From positions 640,001-704,000 of the forward strand of contig CAXNJO010000003.1 in assembly GCA_964202905.1 (NCBI GenBank): a stretch of DNA of 64,000 bases. Reading direction: 5' to 3'. A model generated the notes under the pieces. That model had not been told where the DNA came from and searched no databases. It was given only the letters and a program-made list of their open reading frames with translations. Origin of the DNA: Polyangiales bacterium. GTDB taxonomy: Bacteria > Myxococcota_A > Polyangia > Polyangiales > JADJQN01. Below are positions 27,804-38,522 of the stretch, piece after piece; position 1 is the stretch's first letter, and the number at the start of each line of letters is the position of its first letter. A program made the translations under genes and the position numbers.

Positions 27804-29270
27804 ATGACGTCGATCCGCCCGCTCTACGTCGCCGGCCGCCCCGAGCACACCGCGCAATCCCTCGAGGTGCTCGACAAATACGACGGCTCCGTCGTCGCGC
27901 GCGTCGCCCTCGCCGACGAGGCCACCGTCGACCGCGCGATCGCCGCCGCGCACGCCGCACGTGGGCCGATGCGCCGCCTGCCCGCGCACGCGCGCCGCGA
28001 CGTGCTGCTCCACTGCGTCGCGCGCTTCGAGGCCCGCCGCGACGAGCTCGCGACGCTGCTCTGCGCGGAGGCGGGCAAGCCGATCCGCGACGCGCGCGGC
28101 GAGGTCACGCGCCTGCTCGACACCTTCCGCATCGGCGCCGAGGAGGCGACGCGCATCGGCGGCGAGGTGCTGCCGATGGACATCACGCCGCGCGCGGAGG
28201 GCTATCTCGGCTTCGTGAGACGCGTGCCCGTCGGGGCCTGCGGGCTGATCACGCCGTTCAACTTCCCGCTCAACCTCGTCGCGCACAAGGTCGCGCCCGC
28301 CATCGCCGCGGGCTGCCCCTTTGTGCTCAAGCCCGCGAGCGCGACGCCGCTCGGCGCGCTCGTCATCGCGGAGGTGCTCGCCGAGACGGCGCTGCCGCCG
28401 GGCGCGTTCAGCGTGCTGCCCGCGACGCGCGCGGCGGCCGACCGGCTCGTCACCGATCCGCGCCTCGCGAAGCTCTCGTTCACCGGCTCGGCCGACGTCG
28501 GCTGGGACATGAAGGCGCGCGCCGGCAAGAAGCACGTCACGCTCGAGCTCGGCGGCAACGCGGCCGTGATCGTCGACGCCGACGCCGCGCCCGACGCGGC
28601 GAGCCTCGACGACCTCGTCGAGCGCCTCACGTTCGGCGCGTTCTACCAATCGGGGCAGTCCTGCATCAGCGTGCAGCGCATCCTCGTCCACGCGCGCCTC
28701 TACGACACGGTGCGCGCCCGCCTCGTCGCCCGCGCGGAGGCGCTCGTCGCAGGCGACCCGCGCGACGAGCGCACCGCCCTCGGCCCCGTCATCCACGCGC
28801 GCGAGGCCGCGCGGATCCGCGCCTGGGTGGCCGACGCCGTCGCCCGAGGCGGGCGCGTGCTCTGCGGCGAGCGTCCCGACACGCCCGTCGCGAGCGCGAA
28901 CGTGCTCGCCGCGACGCTGCTCGAAGACGTCCCGCGTGACGGCGACCTCGTGCGCCGCGAGGTCTTCGGGCCCGTCGCGGTGCTCTCGCGCTTCGAGGAC
29001 TTCGAGGCCGCGCTCGCCGAGGTGAACGACTCGGACTTCGGGCTGCAAGCGGGCGTGTTCACGCGCGACCTGCACCGCGCGATGCGCGCGTGGGACGCGC
29101 TCGAGGTCGGCGGCGTGCTCGTGGGCGACGTGCCCTCGTTCCGGGTCGATCACATGCCGTACGGCGGCGTGAAGGGCAGCGGCCTCGGCCGCGAGGGCGT
29201 CCGCTACGCGATCGAAGCGATGACCGAGCCGCGCCTGCTGGCGATCCGCCCCGCACCCACACTCGGCTGA
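27804..29270 (+). CDS. Aldehyde dehydrogenase family protein
   Basis: ITPFNFP, LKPA, FTGS, LELGGN, catalytic GQSCIS, EVFGP and MPYGGVKGSGLGREG. Confidence 0.93.
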   Translation: MTSIRPLYVAGRPEHTAQSLEVLDKYDGSVVARVALADEATVDRAIAAAHAARGPMRRLPAHARRDVLLHCVARFEARRDELATLLCAEAGKPIRDARGEVTRLLDTFRIGAEEATRIGGEVLPMDITPRAEGYLGFVRRVPVGACGLITPFNFPLNLVAHKVAPAIAAGCPFVLKPASATPLGALVIAEVLAETALPPGAFSVLPATRAAADRLVTDPRLAKLSFTGSADVGWDMKARAGKKHVTLELGGNAAVIVDADAAPDAASLDDLVERLTFGAFYQSGQSCISVQRILVHARLYDTVRARLVARAEALVAGDPRDERTALGPVIHAREAARIRAWVADAVARGGRVLCGERPDTPVASANVLAATLLEDVPRDGDLVRREVFGPVAVLSRFEDFEAALAEVNDSDFGLQAGVFTRDLHRAMRAWDALEVGGVLVGDVPSFRVDHMPYGGVKGSGLGREGVRYAIEAMTEPRLLAIRPAPTLG

Positions 29271-29312
29271 GGACGCCGCGGCCGCGGGCAGCGAGGCGAT
29301 GGAAACGACGGC

Positions 29313-29513
29313 TCAGCCGGCGTCGTCGTCGCGGAGCGGGGGCGCGTCGCGCAGCCCGCGCAGCACGTCGCGGGAGGCCCGCAGCGAGCGCTCGGTGCGC
29401 GCGCATCCGGGACACACCCGCAGGTGCAATCGGATCCACGCGCGTCGCCACCAGGGGAGCGCGCCGTCGAGGGCGTCGCTCAGCGACTCATGCGCTCGCC
29501 TGCAGTCCAGCAT
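29313..29513 (-). CDS. Small zinc-finger (zf-HC2/ZAS) anti-sigma factor
   Basis: MLDC...LSDALDG...HLRVCPGC (HxxxCxxC). Overlaps the 3' end of the ECF gene. Confidence 0.8.
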   Translation of the reverse strand: MLDCRRAHESLSDALDGALPWWRRAWIRLHLRVCPGCARTERSLRASRDVLRGLRDAPPLRDDDAG

Positions 29514-30075
29514 CTTCGAGGGCCTTGCGTAGCTTGTGGCGACCGCGGTGGAGAAGGACGCGGAGGTGGGTCGGCTGGACGCCCATCGCGTTACCGGCTT
29601 CGTCGCGTTCGAGCTGCTCGACGTCGACGAGGAGCACGGCCATGCGCTCGAGCTCCGTGAGTGTGCCGAGCGTGCGCTCGACGACCCGCATCGCCAGCGC
29701 GGGGTCGAGGCGGGCATCGGGCGCGCGCTCCGGCGTCGGGGCGAGCGTGGCGAGCGGGTCCGGCTCGGGCGTGAGGTCCATGAGGACCTCGCGGCGTGTG
29801 CGCCGGTAGAAATCGATGATCTTCCGGGAGAGGATGCCGACCATCCAAGTCCGCAGCGTCGAGCGCCCCGCGAACGACGCCTTCGCCTCGAGGGCCGCGA
29901 TGTACGTCTCCTGCACGAGGTCGCGAGCGACGTCCTCGCGCCGCACCGCGCGGTAGGCGAAGCCCATCAGCACGGGCTCGATCTGCCGGATCGCCGCGTC
30001 GTCGATGACCGCGCCCTGCGGCGCCGACGCGGGGGCGCCGACCGGCATCGGCAGCGAGGCAGTAGGCATCATCAC
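29488..30075 (-). CDS. ECF RNA polymerase sigma factor
   Basis: ARDLVQET, FAGRSTLRTWMVGIL and RVLLHRGRHKLR. Confidence 0.88.
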   Translation of the reverse strand: MMMPTASLPMPVGAPASAPQGAVIDDAAIRQIEPVLMGFAYRAVRREDVARDLVQETYIAALEAKASFAGRSTLRTWMVGILSRKIIDFYRRTRREVLMDLTPEPDPLATLAPTPERAPDARLDPALAMRVVERTLGTLTELERMAVLLVDVEQLERDEAGNAMGVQPTHLRVLLHRGRHKLRKALEDAGLQASA

Positions 30076-30260
30076 GTCGGCGGTTGTGTGGCCCCACGAC
30101 GCCGCACGTCAAGACGCCAAGAGCGCGACGGCGTTGCCCTGCGGCCCCGCGCGCGCGCATCCCGCCGCCCGCCCGCAGGCCGGAGTGCGCCTTGATCGCC
30201 CCGAGTCGATCTGTTAGATCGAGCGGTTGCTGTACGCGAGTGCGGCCAGATTCCGCGTAA

Positions 30261-31361
<1,101 letters not shown>

Positions 31362-31424
31362 CGCGCGTCGGCTTCCCCACGGGGACGCCGGACGCGCGGC
31401 GGGGGCTCGGGCTGAGGCCGCACC

Positions 31425-32321
31425 GTGAACTTCTTCCGCAGATTCCGAGACGCGGTCCTCGTCGCGGCCCTGCTGGCGATCCCGTTCTTCTTCCTCAACG
31501 CGAACCTCAAGGACCCCGCGAAGACGAACGCGGTCGACCGCGTGGTGCTGCAGATGAGCGCGCCGCTGCAGTGGGTCGCGACGCAGGCCGCGCGCGGCGT
31601 GTCGGCGGTGATCGAGGAGTACGTCTACCTCGTGGACGTCGGGCGCGAAAACGAGCGACTGCGCTACGAGAACGCGCGCCTCTCGCAGGAGAGCCGCCGC
31701 TTCCGCAGCGAGGGGCAGGAGAACCGCCGCCTGCGCGACCTCTTGCAGCTCCGCGAGCAGCTCGGCGGTGAGCAGATCTCCGCGCAGATCATCGGCAAAG
31801 AGGTCAGCGCGAACTTCCGCGTGGTACGCGTGCGCCTCGACCGCGGCGAGCGCGACCGTGTGAAGCCCGGCATGCCCGTGGTGGCCCCGGAGGGCCTCGT
31901 CGGTCAGGTGCGGCGCACCTGGGGCCGCTACTCGGACGTGCTGCTCACGGTCGATCGCACGAGCGCCATCGACGTCGTGCTCGAGCGCAACGGCGCGCGC
32001 GGCATGCTGCGCGGCACGGGCGAGAGCGACCGCTACCTCTGCCGCATCCAGTATCTGCTGCGCGCCGACGAGGTGCGCGTCGGCGACGAGGTCTTCACCT
32101 CGGGGCTCGGGCACCGCTTCCCGGCCAACATCCTCGTGGGGCGCGTGACGAACGTGGTGCGCCGCGATTTCGGCCTCTACCAGGAGGCGGAGGTCACGCC
32201 CGCGGCCAATTTCTCGGGCCTCGAGGCGGTCTCGATCCTCACGATGGGCGCGCGCGAGGCGGGCACGCAGGACGGCGCCGGGGTGCGCGGCGACCTCGCC
32301 GATCCGACGCCGGAGCCCTGA
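31425..32321 (+). CDS. mreC: Rod shape-determining protein MreC
   Basis: N-terminal TM, coiled coil ENxRL repeats, GLVG, TSGLG..FP; follows mreB. Confidence 0.94.
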   Translation: MNFFRRFRDAVLVAALLAIPFFFLNANLKDPAKTNAVDRVVLQMSAPLQWVATQAARGVSAVIEEYVYLVDVGRENERLRYENARLSQESRRFRSEGQENRRLRDLLQLREQLGGEQISAQIIGKEVSANFRVVRVRLDRGERDRVKPGMPVVAPEGLVGQVRRTWGRYSDVLLTVDRTSAIDVVLERNGARGMLRGTGESDRYLCRIQYLLRADEVRVGDEVFTSGLGHRFPANILVGRVTNVVRRDFGLYQEAEVTPAANFSGLEAVSILTMGAREAGTQDGAGVRGDLADPTPEP

Positions 32322-32327
32322 AATACC

Positions 32328-32879
32328 ATGCAGAACGCCGCCCTCCTGCTGCTCGGCTTCGCGCTGCTCGTCGTGCAGACCTCCGCGACGGCGCTCGTCA
32401 GCGTGCACCCGTTCTCGCCGAACCTGCTGCTGCCGATGGTCATCTACCTCGGCGTCTCTCACGACGTCGGGATCGTGCGCGGCGGCATGCTCGCCTTCGT
32501 GCTCGGCTACCTGCTCGACTCGTTCACGGGCAGCCCGATGGGGCTGCACACGTTCGTGCTCGTCGCGACGTACATGCTCGCGCGGGGCGCGGGGCTCTCG
32601 CTCGTGCTGCGCGGGCCGCTCTTCCAGTTCGGGCTCACCTTCGCCGTGAGCGTGATCGCGGGCGGGACGATCCTCGCGCTGCGGGCGATCTTCGAGCGTC
32701 CGGCGGCGTTCGAAGCGGGGACGGTGGGCGACACGGTGCTCACGCTCGTCGCGCCCGCGCTCACGACGGCGGCGCTCGCGCCGGCCGTGTTCTTCGCGGT
32801 GCGCAGCTTCGAGCAGCTCGCGGCGCGCCGCGCGACTCGCGCGCACGCAGGGCCCGGTGAGGGGCCGGGCGCGCCGTGA
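32328..32879 (+). CDS. mreD: Rod shape-determining protein MreD
   Basis: Hydrophobic multi-TM protein with GYLLDSFTG.PMG, located between mreC and mrdA. Confidence 0.88.
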   Translation: MQNAALLLLGFALLVVQTSATALVSVHPFSPNLLLPMVIYLGVSHDVGIVRGGMLAFVLGYLLDSFTGSPMGLHTFVLVATYMLARGAGLSLVLRGPLFQFGLTFAVSVIAGGTILALRAIFERPAAFEAGTVGDTVLTLVAPALTTAALAPAVFFAVRSFEQLAARRATRAHAGPGEGPGAP

Positions 32880-34804
32880 ACCTGCTCTCCCCGCGCCGCG
32901 AGGTCGGCGAGTTCAAGAAGCGCTACAAGTGGATGGCGCTCGCCGCCGCGATCGCCTTCTTCGCGCTCTTCCTGCGCGCGGCGCAGATGGAAGTGGTCGA
33001 CTACGACCACTGGCAGAAGATCGCGACCGAGAACATCACCAAGACGATCACGCTGCCCGCGACGCGCGGCCTGCTGCGCGATCGCGCGGGCCGGATCATC
33101 GCGACCAACCGCCCCGCGTACAACGTCTACGTCACGCCGCAGCGCCTCGACCCGCAGCACGACGTGCCCCGCCTCGTCGCGCTGATGGGGCTCGACCCGC
33201 ATGGCCGCGCCGACCTCGAGGCGCGGCTCGCGCGCATCCCGCTGCACCGCCGCACGCATCAGGTCGAGATGTTCCGCGACATCACGCGCGACCAGCTCGC
33301 GGCGCTCGAGCAGCACGAGGCGGAGCTCGCGGGCGTCGACGTGGTCGCGGTGCCCGTGCGCACGTACCCCTTCGGTGCGCTCGCGGCGCACGCCATCGGC
33401 TACCTCAACGAGGTCAACGCCGAAGACCTCGAGCGCGCGCCGGATCAGGGCTATCGCGCGGGCGACACGGTCGGGCGGAGCGGCCTCGAGCGCGCGTGGG
33501 AGAGCTACGTGCGCGGGCGACGCGGCGTGCGGCGCGTGGTGGTCGACGCGCGCGGGCAGCGCTCGGACGAGGAGCGCAGCGAGCGGCCCCGGGAGACGCG
33601 GCGCGAGCCCGTGCCGGGGCGCGACCTGACGCTCACGCTCGACATGGAGCTGATGCGCATCACGGAGCGCGCGTTCCGCGGGCACCCCTCGGGCGGCGCG
33701 GTGGTGGTCGACGTGCGCACCGGGCGTGTGCGCGCGCTCTTCTCGAAGCCGAGCTACGACCTCAACGAGCTCGCGGGGCGGCTGTCGCAGGAGCGCGCGC
33801 GGGAGATCATCGACAATCCGCTGCGTCCGCTCATCGACAAGACGATTTACGAATCGTATTTCCCGGGCTCGACGTTCAAGCCCATCAGCGCGCTCGCCGC
33901 GCTCGGCGACGGCATCCTCTCGGCGAACAGCCACGTCGAGTGCCCGGGCTACTACGAGTACGGCGGCCGTCGCTTCCGCTGCCTGCAACAGCACGGCGAC
34001 GTCGACATGCGGCAGTCGCTGATCCGCTCGTGCAACACGTTCTTCTACGATCTCGCGCGGCAGACGGGCATGGACCGCCTCGCCCGCTACGCGCGCGACT
34101 TCGGCCTCGGCGAGCGCTCGGGCATCGGCATCAACACCGAGACGAGCGGCTTCATCCCGACGGTGAGCTGGTATCAGGAGCACTATCCGAACGGCTTCCG
34201 CGGCGGTTTCACGCTCAACGAGGCGATCGGACAGGGCAACACGAAGGTGACGCTCATGCAGCTCGCGATGGCCTACGCCGCGATCGCGAACGGAGGGACA
34301 TTGTATGTCCCGCAGCTCGTCGAGCGCGTGAGCGCGCCGGACGGCACGGTCATCGAGGAGTTCGCGCCACGCGTGCGGCGGCGCGTGAACGTCTCGCGCG
34401 AGCACCTCGCGTACGTCGTCGACGGGCTCTACGGCGTCGTCAACGACCGCACCGGCACCGCGTTCGAGGCGCACGTCGAGGGGGGCGTGCCGATCGCGGG
34501 CAAGACGGGCACCGCGCAGGTCTCGGGACGCTCGGCCCGCGACGACGAGGACCCGCGTCAGACCTGGTATTACAACCGCTCGCACGCCTGGTTCGCGGGG
34601 TTCGCGCCGGCAGGCGACCCGGAGCTCGTCGTCATCGTGCTCGTCGAGCACGGCGGCGGCGGCGGCAAGAACGCAGCGCCGATCGGCGTGCAGATCCTCG
34701 AGGAACACCTCGGGCCGCGCTACGCGGCGCAGCGCGAGGCGACCGCGGCGGCGACGCCCGCGCCTGCGCCCGCCGTGACGCGCACCCGCGCAGGAGGCCG
34801 CTGA
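32876..34804 (+). CDS. mrdA: Penicillin-binding protein 2
   Basis: RG..DR, RTYPFG, GRSGLE, and transpeptidase motifs STFK, SCN, KTG. Confidence 0.95.
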   Translation: MNLLSPRREVGEFKKRYKWMALAAAIAFFALFLRAAQMEVVDYDHWQKIATENITKTITLPATRGLLRDRAGRIIATNRPAYNVYVTPQRLDPQHDVPRLVALMGLDPHGRADLEARLARIPLHRRTHQVEMFRDITRDQLAALEQHEAELAGVDVVAVPVRTYPFGALAAHAIGYLNEVNAEDLERAPDQGYRAGDTVGRSGLERAWESYVRGRRGVRRVVVDARGQRSDEERSERPRETRREPVPGRDLTLTLDMELMRITERAFRGHPSGGAVVVDVRTGRVRALFSKPSYDLNELAGRLSQERAREIIDNPLRPLIDKTIYESYFPGSTFKPISALAALGDGILSANSHVECPGYYEYGGRRFRCLQQHGDVDMRQSLIRSCNTFFYDLARQTGMDRLARYARDFGLGERSGIGINTETSGFIPTVSWYQEHYPNGFRGGFTLNEAIGQGNTKVTLMQLAMAYAAIANGGTLYVPQLVERVSAPDGTVIEEFAPRVRRRVNVSREHLAYVVDGLYGVVNDRTGTAFEAHVEGGVPIAGKTGTAQVSGRSARDDEDPRQTWYYNRSHAWFAGFAPAGDPELVVIVLVEHGGGGGKNAAPIGVQILEEHLGPRYAAQREATAAATPAPAPAVTRTRAGGR

Positions 34805-35925
34805 TGGCGACGCTGAACAAGGGGCTGCGCGCGCACTTCGACTGGCCGCTCTTCGTGACGGTCGCGGCCATCGCGGTGGTCGGCGTCACGAACCTCTACA
34901 GCGCGACGAGCGCCGCCGGCGCGCGCGCCGACATGTACATCCAGCAGATCTACTGGCTCACGCTCGGCTCGGCGGTCGCCGCGCTCCTCGTCGCGATCGA
35001 CACGCGGCACTTCGAGCGGCAGGGCTGGACGCTCTACGGGATCGGCGTCGTGCTGCTGCTGCTCGTGTTCCTGCTCGCGCGCACGATCCGCGGGAGCCAA
35101 CGCTGGATCCCCATAGGCTCGTTCTCGCTGCAACCGAGCGAGCTGATGAAGATCTTCCTGATCGTCGCGCTCGCGAAATACCTTCACAACGACCCGAAAA
35201 CCGAGGGCCGGACGCTGAAGGATCTCGTGATCCCCGCGGCGATCCTCGCGCTGCCGATGGGCCTCGTGCTCAAGCAGCCCGACCTCGGCACCGGGATGAT
35301 CCTCGCGTTCATCTTCGCGACGATCATGTTCCTCACGCACCTCAAGCTGCGCTCGCTCGTGACGCTCGTGGCCGTGTTCGTCGCGAGCGCGCCGCTCACG
35401 TGGACGTATCTGCTCAAGGACTACCAGCGCGAGCGCTTCGAGTCGTTCTGGCAGCAGCTGAGCGGGCAGGCCTCGAAGGAGCACATCCTCGACGCGGGCT
35501 GGCACGCGCACCAGTCGCAGGTGGCGATCGGCTCGGGCGGCTTCCTCGGCAAGGGCTTCATGCAGGGGACGCAGAATCAGCATCGCTTCCTGCCGGACCA
35601 GCACTCCGACTTCCCGTTCGCGGTGTGGGCCGAAGAGCAGGGCTTTCTCGGCGTCACGCTGCTGCTCGGGCTCTATCTCTTCCTCGTGATCTGGGGGCTG
35701 AAGATCGCGTCGCAGGCGAAGGACCGCTTCAGCGCGGTGATCGCGGTCGGCGTGAGCGCGATGTTCTTCTGGCAGTCCGCGATCAACGTCGCGATGGTCA
35801 TGGGGCTCCTGCCCGTCGTCGGCGTGACGCTCCCGCTCTTCAGCTACGGCGGCTCGAGCGTGCTCACCGTGATGATGGGCGTCGGGCTGCTGATGAACGT
35901 GAGCGTGCGGCGCTTCAGCTTCTAG
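34804..35925 (+). CDS. rodA: SEDS peptidoglycan glycosyltransferase RodA
   Basis: GSQRWI, QPSELMK, KQPDLGT, AIGSGG, FLPDQHSDF and LPLFSYGGSS. ATG 34804 overlaps the mrdA stop. Confidence 0.96.
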   Translation: MATLNKGLRAHFDWPLFVTVAAIAVVGVTNLYSATSAAGARADMYIQQIYWLTLGSAVAALLVAIDTRHFERQGWTLYGIGVVLLLLVFLLARTIRGSQRWIPIGSFSLQPSELMKIFLIVALAKYLHNDPKTEGRTLKDLVIPAAILALPMGLVLKQPDLGTGMILAFIFATIMFLTHLKLRSLVTLVAVFVASAPLTWTYLLKDYQRERFESFWQQLSGQASKEHILDAGWHAHQSQVAIGSGGFLGKGFMQGTQNQHRFLPDQHSDFPFAVWAEEQGFLGVTLLLGLYLFLVIWGLKIASQAKDRFSAVIAVGVSAMFFWQSAINVAMVMGLLPVVGVTLPLFSYGGSSVLTVMMGVGLLMNVSVRRFSF

Positions 35926-35955
35926 CGTGGTGCCGCGCGGCCGCGCGACGAGGCG

Positions 35956-37083
35956 TCACGGGTCGGGCAGGTCGGACGCCGCGTCGACGAGGGCGCGCAG
36001 CGCGGCGCGGCGCGCGTCGAAGTCGGTGTCGCCCGCGCGCTCGACGAGCGTGAGATGCCCGAGTTTGCGCCAGGGCGCGGGGCTCTTGCCGTAGAGGTGC
36101 AGGTGCGCGCCGGGCACCGCGAGGAGCGCCGCGGAGGGCGGGACGTCGCCGAGCAGGTTGAACGAGACCGCGCGCCCGAGCGCGCCCGTCGCGCCGAGCG
36201 GCAGGCCGCAGACCGCGCGCACGTGGTTCTCGAACTGGCTCGTCTCGGCGCCCTCGATCGTCCAGTGGCCGCTGTTGTGGACGCGGGGCGCGAACTCGTT
36301 GGCGAGCAGCGTGCCGCCCACGTCGAAGAGCTCGAGCGCGAGCGTGCCGACGTAGCCGAGGTGCGACGCGAGCCGCGCCGCGTGGTCGCGCGCGTGCGCC
36401 GCGAGCGCGGGGCTCACGTCGGACGCGGGCGCGAGCGTCTCGCGCAGGATGCCGCGATCATGGAAACTCTGGACCAGCGGATAGAATCGCACATCGCCCG
36501 CCGCGTCCCGCACGACGAGCTGGCTGAGCTCGCGCTCGAAGGGCACGAAGCGTTCGAGGATGCACGGCACGCGGCCCGCGCCGACGAGCGCCCACGCGCG
36601 GTCGAGCGCGGCGTCGTCGCCCGCGCGGAGCACGGACTGCCCCTTGCCGTCGTAGCCGAAGCGCCGCGTCTTCAGCACGCAGGGGACGCCGAGCGTGTCG
36701 ACGGCCGCGCGCAGGGCGGCGCGATCGTCGACCGCGCGAAACGGGGGCGTGGGCACGCCGAGCGAGGCGAGCGCCTCCTTCTCGACGAGGCGATCCTGCG
36801 AGACGCGGAGCGCCTCGGGTGGCGGCAGGAGCAGCACCGCGCCGGCGAGCGCGCGCGCCGCCGCGTCGGGGACGTTCTCGAACTCGTAGGTCGCGACGTC
36901 CACGCGCTCCGCCATCGCGAGGAGCGCGGCGCGGTCGTCGTAGGCCGCGGTGAGCGCGGCGCCGACGGCGCGCGCGGGCGCGTGCGGCGAGGGATCGACG
37001 AAGACCGTCTCGATGCCGAGCGGATGCGCGGCCATCGCCAGCATGCGCGCGAGCTGGCCGCCGCCGAGGATGCCGAGCTTCAT
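35956..37083 (-). CDS. purK: N5-carboxyaminoimidazole ribonucleotide synthase
   Basis: [47 protein letters not shown] and RKLGH. Confidence 0.96.
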   Translation of the reverse strand: MKLGILGGGQLARMLAMAAHPLGIETVFVDPSPHAPARAVGAALTAAYDDRAALLAMAERVDVATYEFENVPDAAARALAGAVLLLPPPEALRVSQDRLVEKEALASLGVPTPPFRAVDDRAALRAAVDTLGVPCVLKTRRFGYDGKGQSVLRAGDDAALDRAWALVGAGRVPCILERFVPFERELSQLVVRDAAGDVRFYPLVQSFHDRGILRETLAPASDVSPALAAHARDHAARLASHLGYVGTLALELFDVGGTLLANEFAPRVHNSGHWTIEGAETSQFENHVRAVCGLPLGATGALGRAVSFNLLGDVPPSAALLAVPGAHLHLYGKSPAPWRKLGHLTLVERAGDTDFDARRAALRALVDAASDLPDP

Positions 37084-37637
37084 GGGTGGGGCGGCGCGAC
37101 GTCGCTCCGCGGATCGGGCACGGCGAGCACGGCGTCCGTCTGCGCGGTGCGCCAGGCCTCGAGCGCGGCGCGGATCGCGGGGTACTTGTTGCCGAGGAAG
37201 GCGGCCGCGAGGAGCGCCGCGTTCGTCGCACCCGCGCGGCCGATCGCGAGCGTGCCGACGGGGATGCCCGCAGGCATCTGCACCATGGAGAGGAGCGAGT
37301 CGACGCCGCGCAGCACGCGTGACTCGACGGGCACGCCGAGCACGGGGACGACCGTCTTCGCCGCGATCATGCCGGGCAGGTGCGCGGCGCCGCCCGCGCC
37401 CGCGATGACGACCTCGAGGCCGCGCGCCGCGGCGCTCCCGGCGTACTCGAAGAGCAGGTCCGGCGTGCGGTGCGCGGAGACGACGCGCACCTCGTGCGGC
37501 ACGCCGAGCGACGCGAGCGTCTGCACCGCGTGCTGCATCGTGTCCCAGTCCGAGCGCGAGCCCATCACGACCCCGACGAGCGGGGTGGCGGAGTCGGAGG
37601 CGGCGGCCGGATCGTGCGCGTCGGTGGGGTCGGACAC
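37080..37637 (-). CDS. purE: N5-carboxyaminoimidazole ribonucleotide mutase
   Basis: [23 protein letters not shown] and VQMPAGIPV. Confidence 0.97.
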   Translation of the reverse strand: MSDPTDAHDPAAASDSATPLVGVVMGSRSDWDTMQHAVQTLASLGVPHEVRVVSAHRTPDLLFEYAGSAAARGLEVVIAGAGGAAHLPGMIAAKTVVPVLGVPVESRVLRGVDSLLSMVQMPAGIPVGTLAIGRAGATNAALLAAAFLGNKYPAIRAALEAWRTAQTDAVLAVPDPRSDVAPPHP

Positions 37638-37678
37638 GCGCGCGCTTATACCACGGCGCTTCGTGCTACCCCCCCGCG

Positions 37679-38509
37679 ATGCCTGCCCCGCGCGCGACGA
37701 AGGCCGCCGTGCTCCAGCTCAACTCCGGGCCCGATCTGGAGGCCAATCTCCGCGCCGTCGCGCGGCTCGTGCGCGAGGCTGCGGCCGATCGCGCCACGCT
37801 CATCGTGCTGCCCGAGTGCTTCGCGCTGCTCGGCCCCGAGGACGCGAAGCTCGGCGTCGCGGAGCCGCTCCCCCAGGGCGGCCCCGTGCTCGCCCGCTGC
37901 GCGGCGCTCGCGCGCGAGACGGGCGCGGAGCTCGTGCTCGGCGGGTTCTGGGAGACGGCGAGCGACGCGACCCGCGTGCGCAACAGCTGCGTGCACCTCG
38001 GCGCGGACGGCGCAGTGCGCGCGATCTACCGCAAGATCCACCTCTTCGACGTCGACCTGCCCGATGGCACGAAGCTCACCGAGAGCGCGAGCGTCGAGCC
38101 GGGCGAGGAGCTCGTCGTCACGGACACGGCGCTCGGACCGCTCGGGCTGAGCGTCTGTTACGACGTGCGCTTCCCCGAGCTGTATCGGGGGCTCGTGGAC
38201 CGCGGCGCCGTCGCGCTGGCGGTGCCCGCGGCCTTCACGATGACGACCGGCAAGGACCACTGGCACGTGTTGCTGCGGGCGCGCGCGATCGAGTCGCAGG
38301 CCTACGTGCTCGCCGCCGCGCAGACGGGCCGTCACTTCGGGACGCGCGTCAGCTACGGCCACGCGCTCATCGCCGATCCGTGGGGCACCGTGCTCGCCGA
38401 GTGCGGCGAGGGTGAGGGCTACGCGGCCGCGTGGCTCGACCCGGAGGTCGTGCGCCGCGTGCGCGCGAGCCTGCCGGCGCTCGCGCATCGGCGGCTCGCG
38501 GTGCGCTGA
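37679..38509 (+). CDS. Carbon-nitrogen hydrolase (Nit1/deaminated glutathione amidase-like)
   Basis: Catalytic E-K-C triad: [22 protein letters not shown]; also [14 protein letters not shown]. Confidence 0.9.
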   Translation: MPAPRATKAAVLQLNSGPDLEANLRAVARLVREAAADRATLIVLPECFALLGPEDAKLGVAEPLPQGGPVLARCAALARETGAELVLGGFWETASDATRVRNSCVHLGADGAVRAIYRKIHLFDVDLPDGTKLTESASVEPGEELVVTDTALGPLGLSVCYDVRFPELYRGLVDRGAVALAVPAAFTMTTGKDHWHVLLRARAIESQAYVLAAAQTGRHFGTRVSYGHALIADPWGTVLAECGEGEGYAAAWLDPEVVRRVRASLPALAHRRLAVR

Positions 38510-38522
38510 TCCGTGCGAACGA

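Noticed and set aside
32857..35925. 1022-aa ORF suggesting an extended or fused RodA
   Set aside because: The upstream part is an off-frame overlay of mrdA; RodA starts at ATG 34804.
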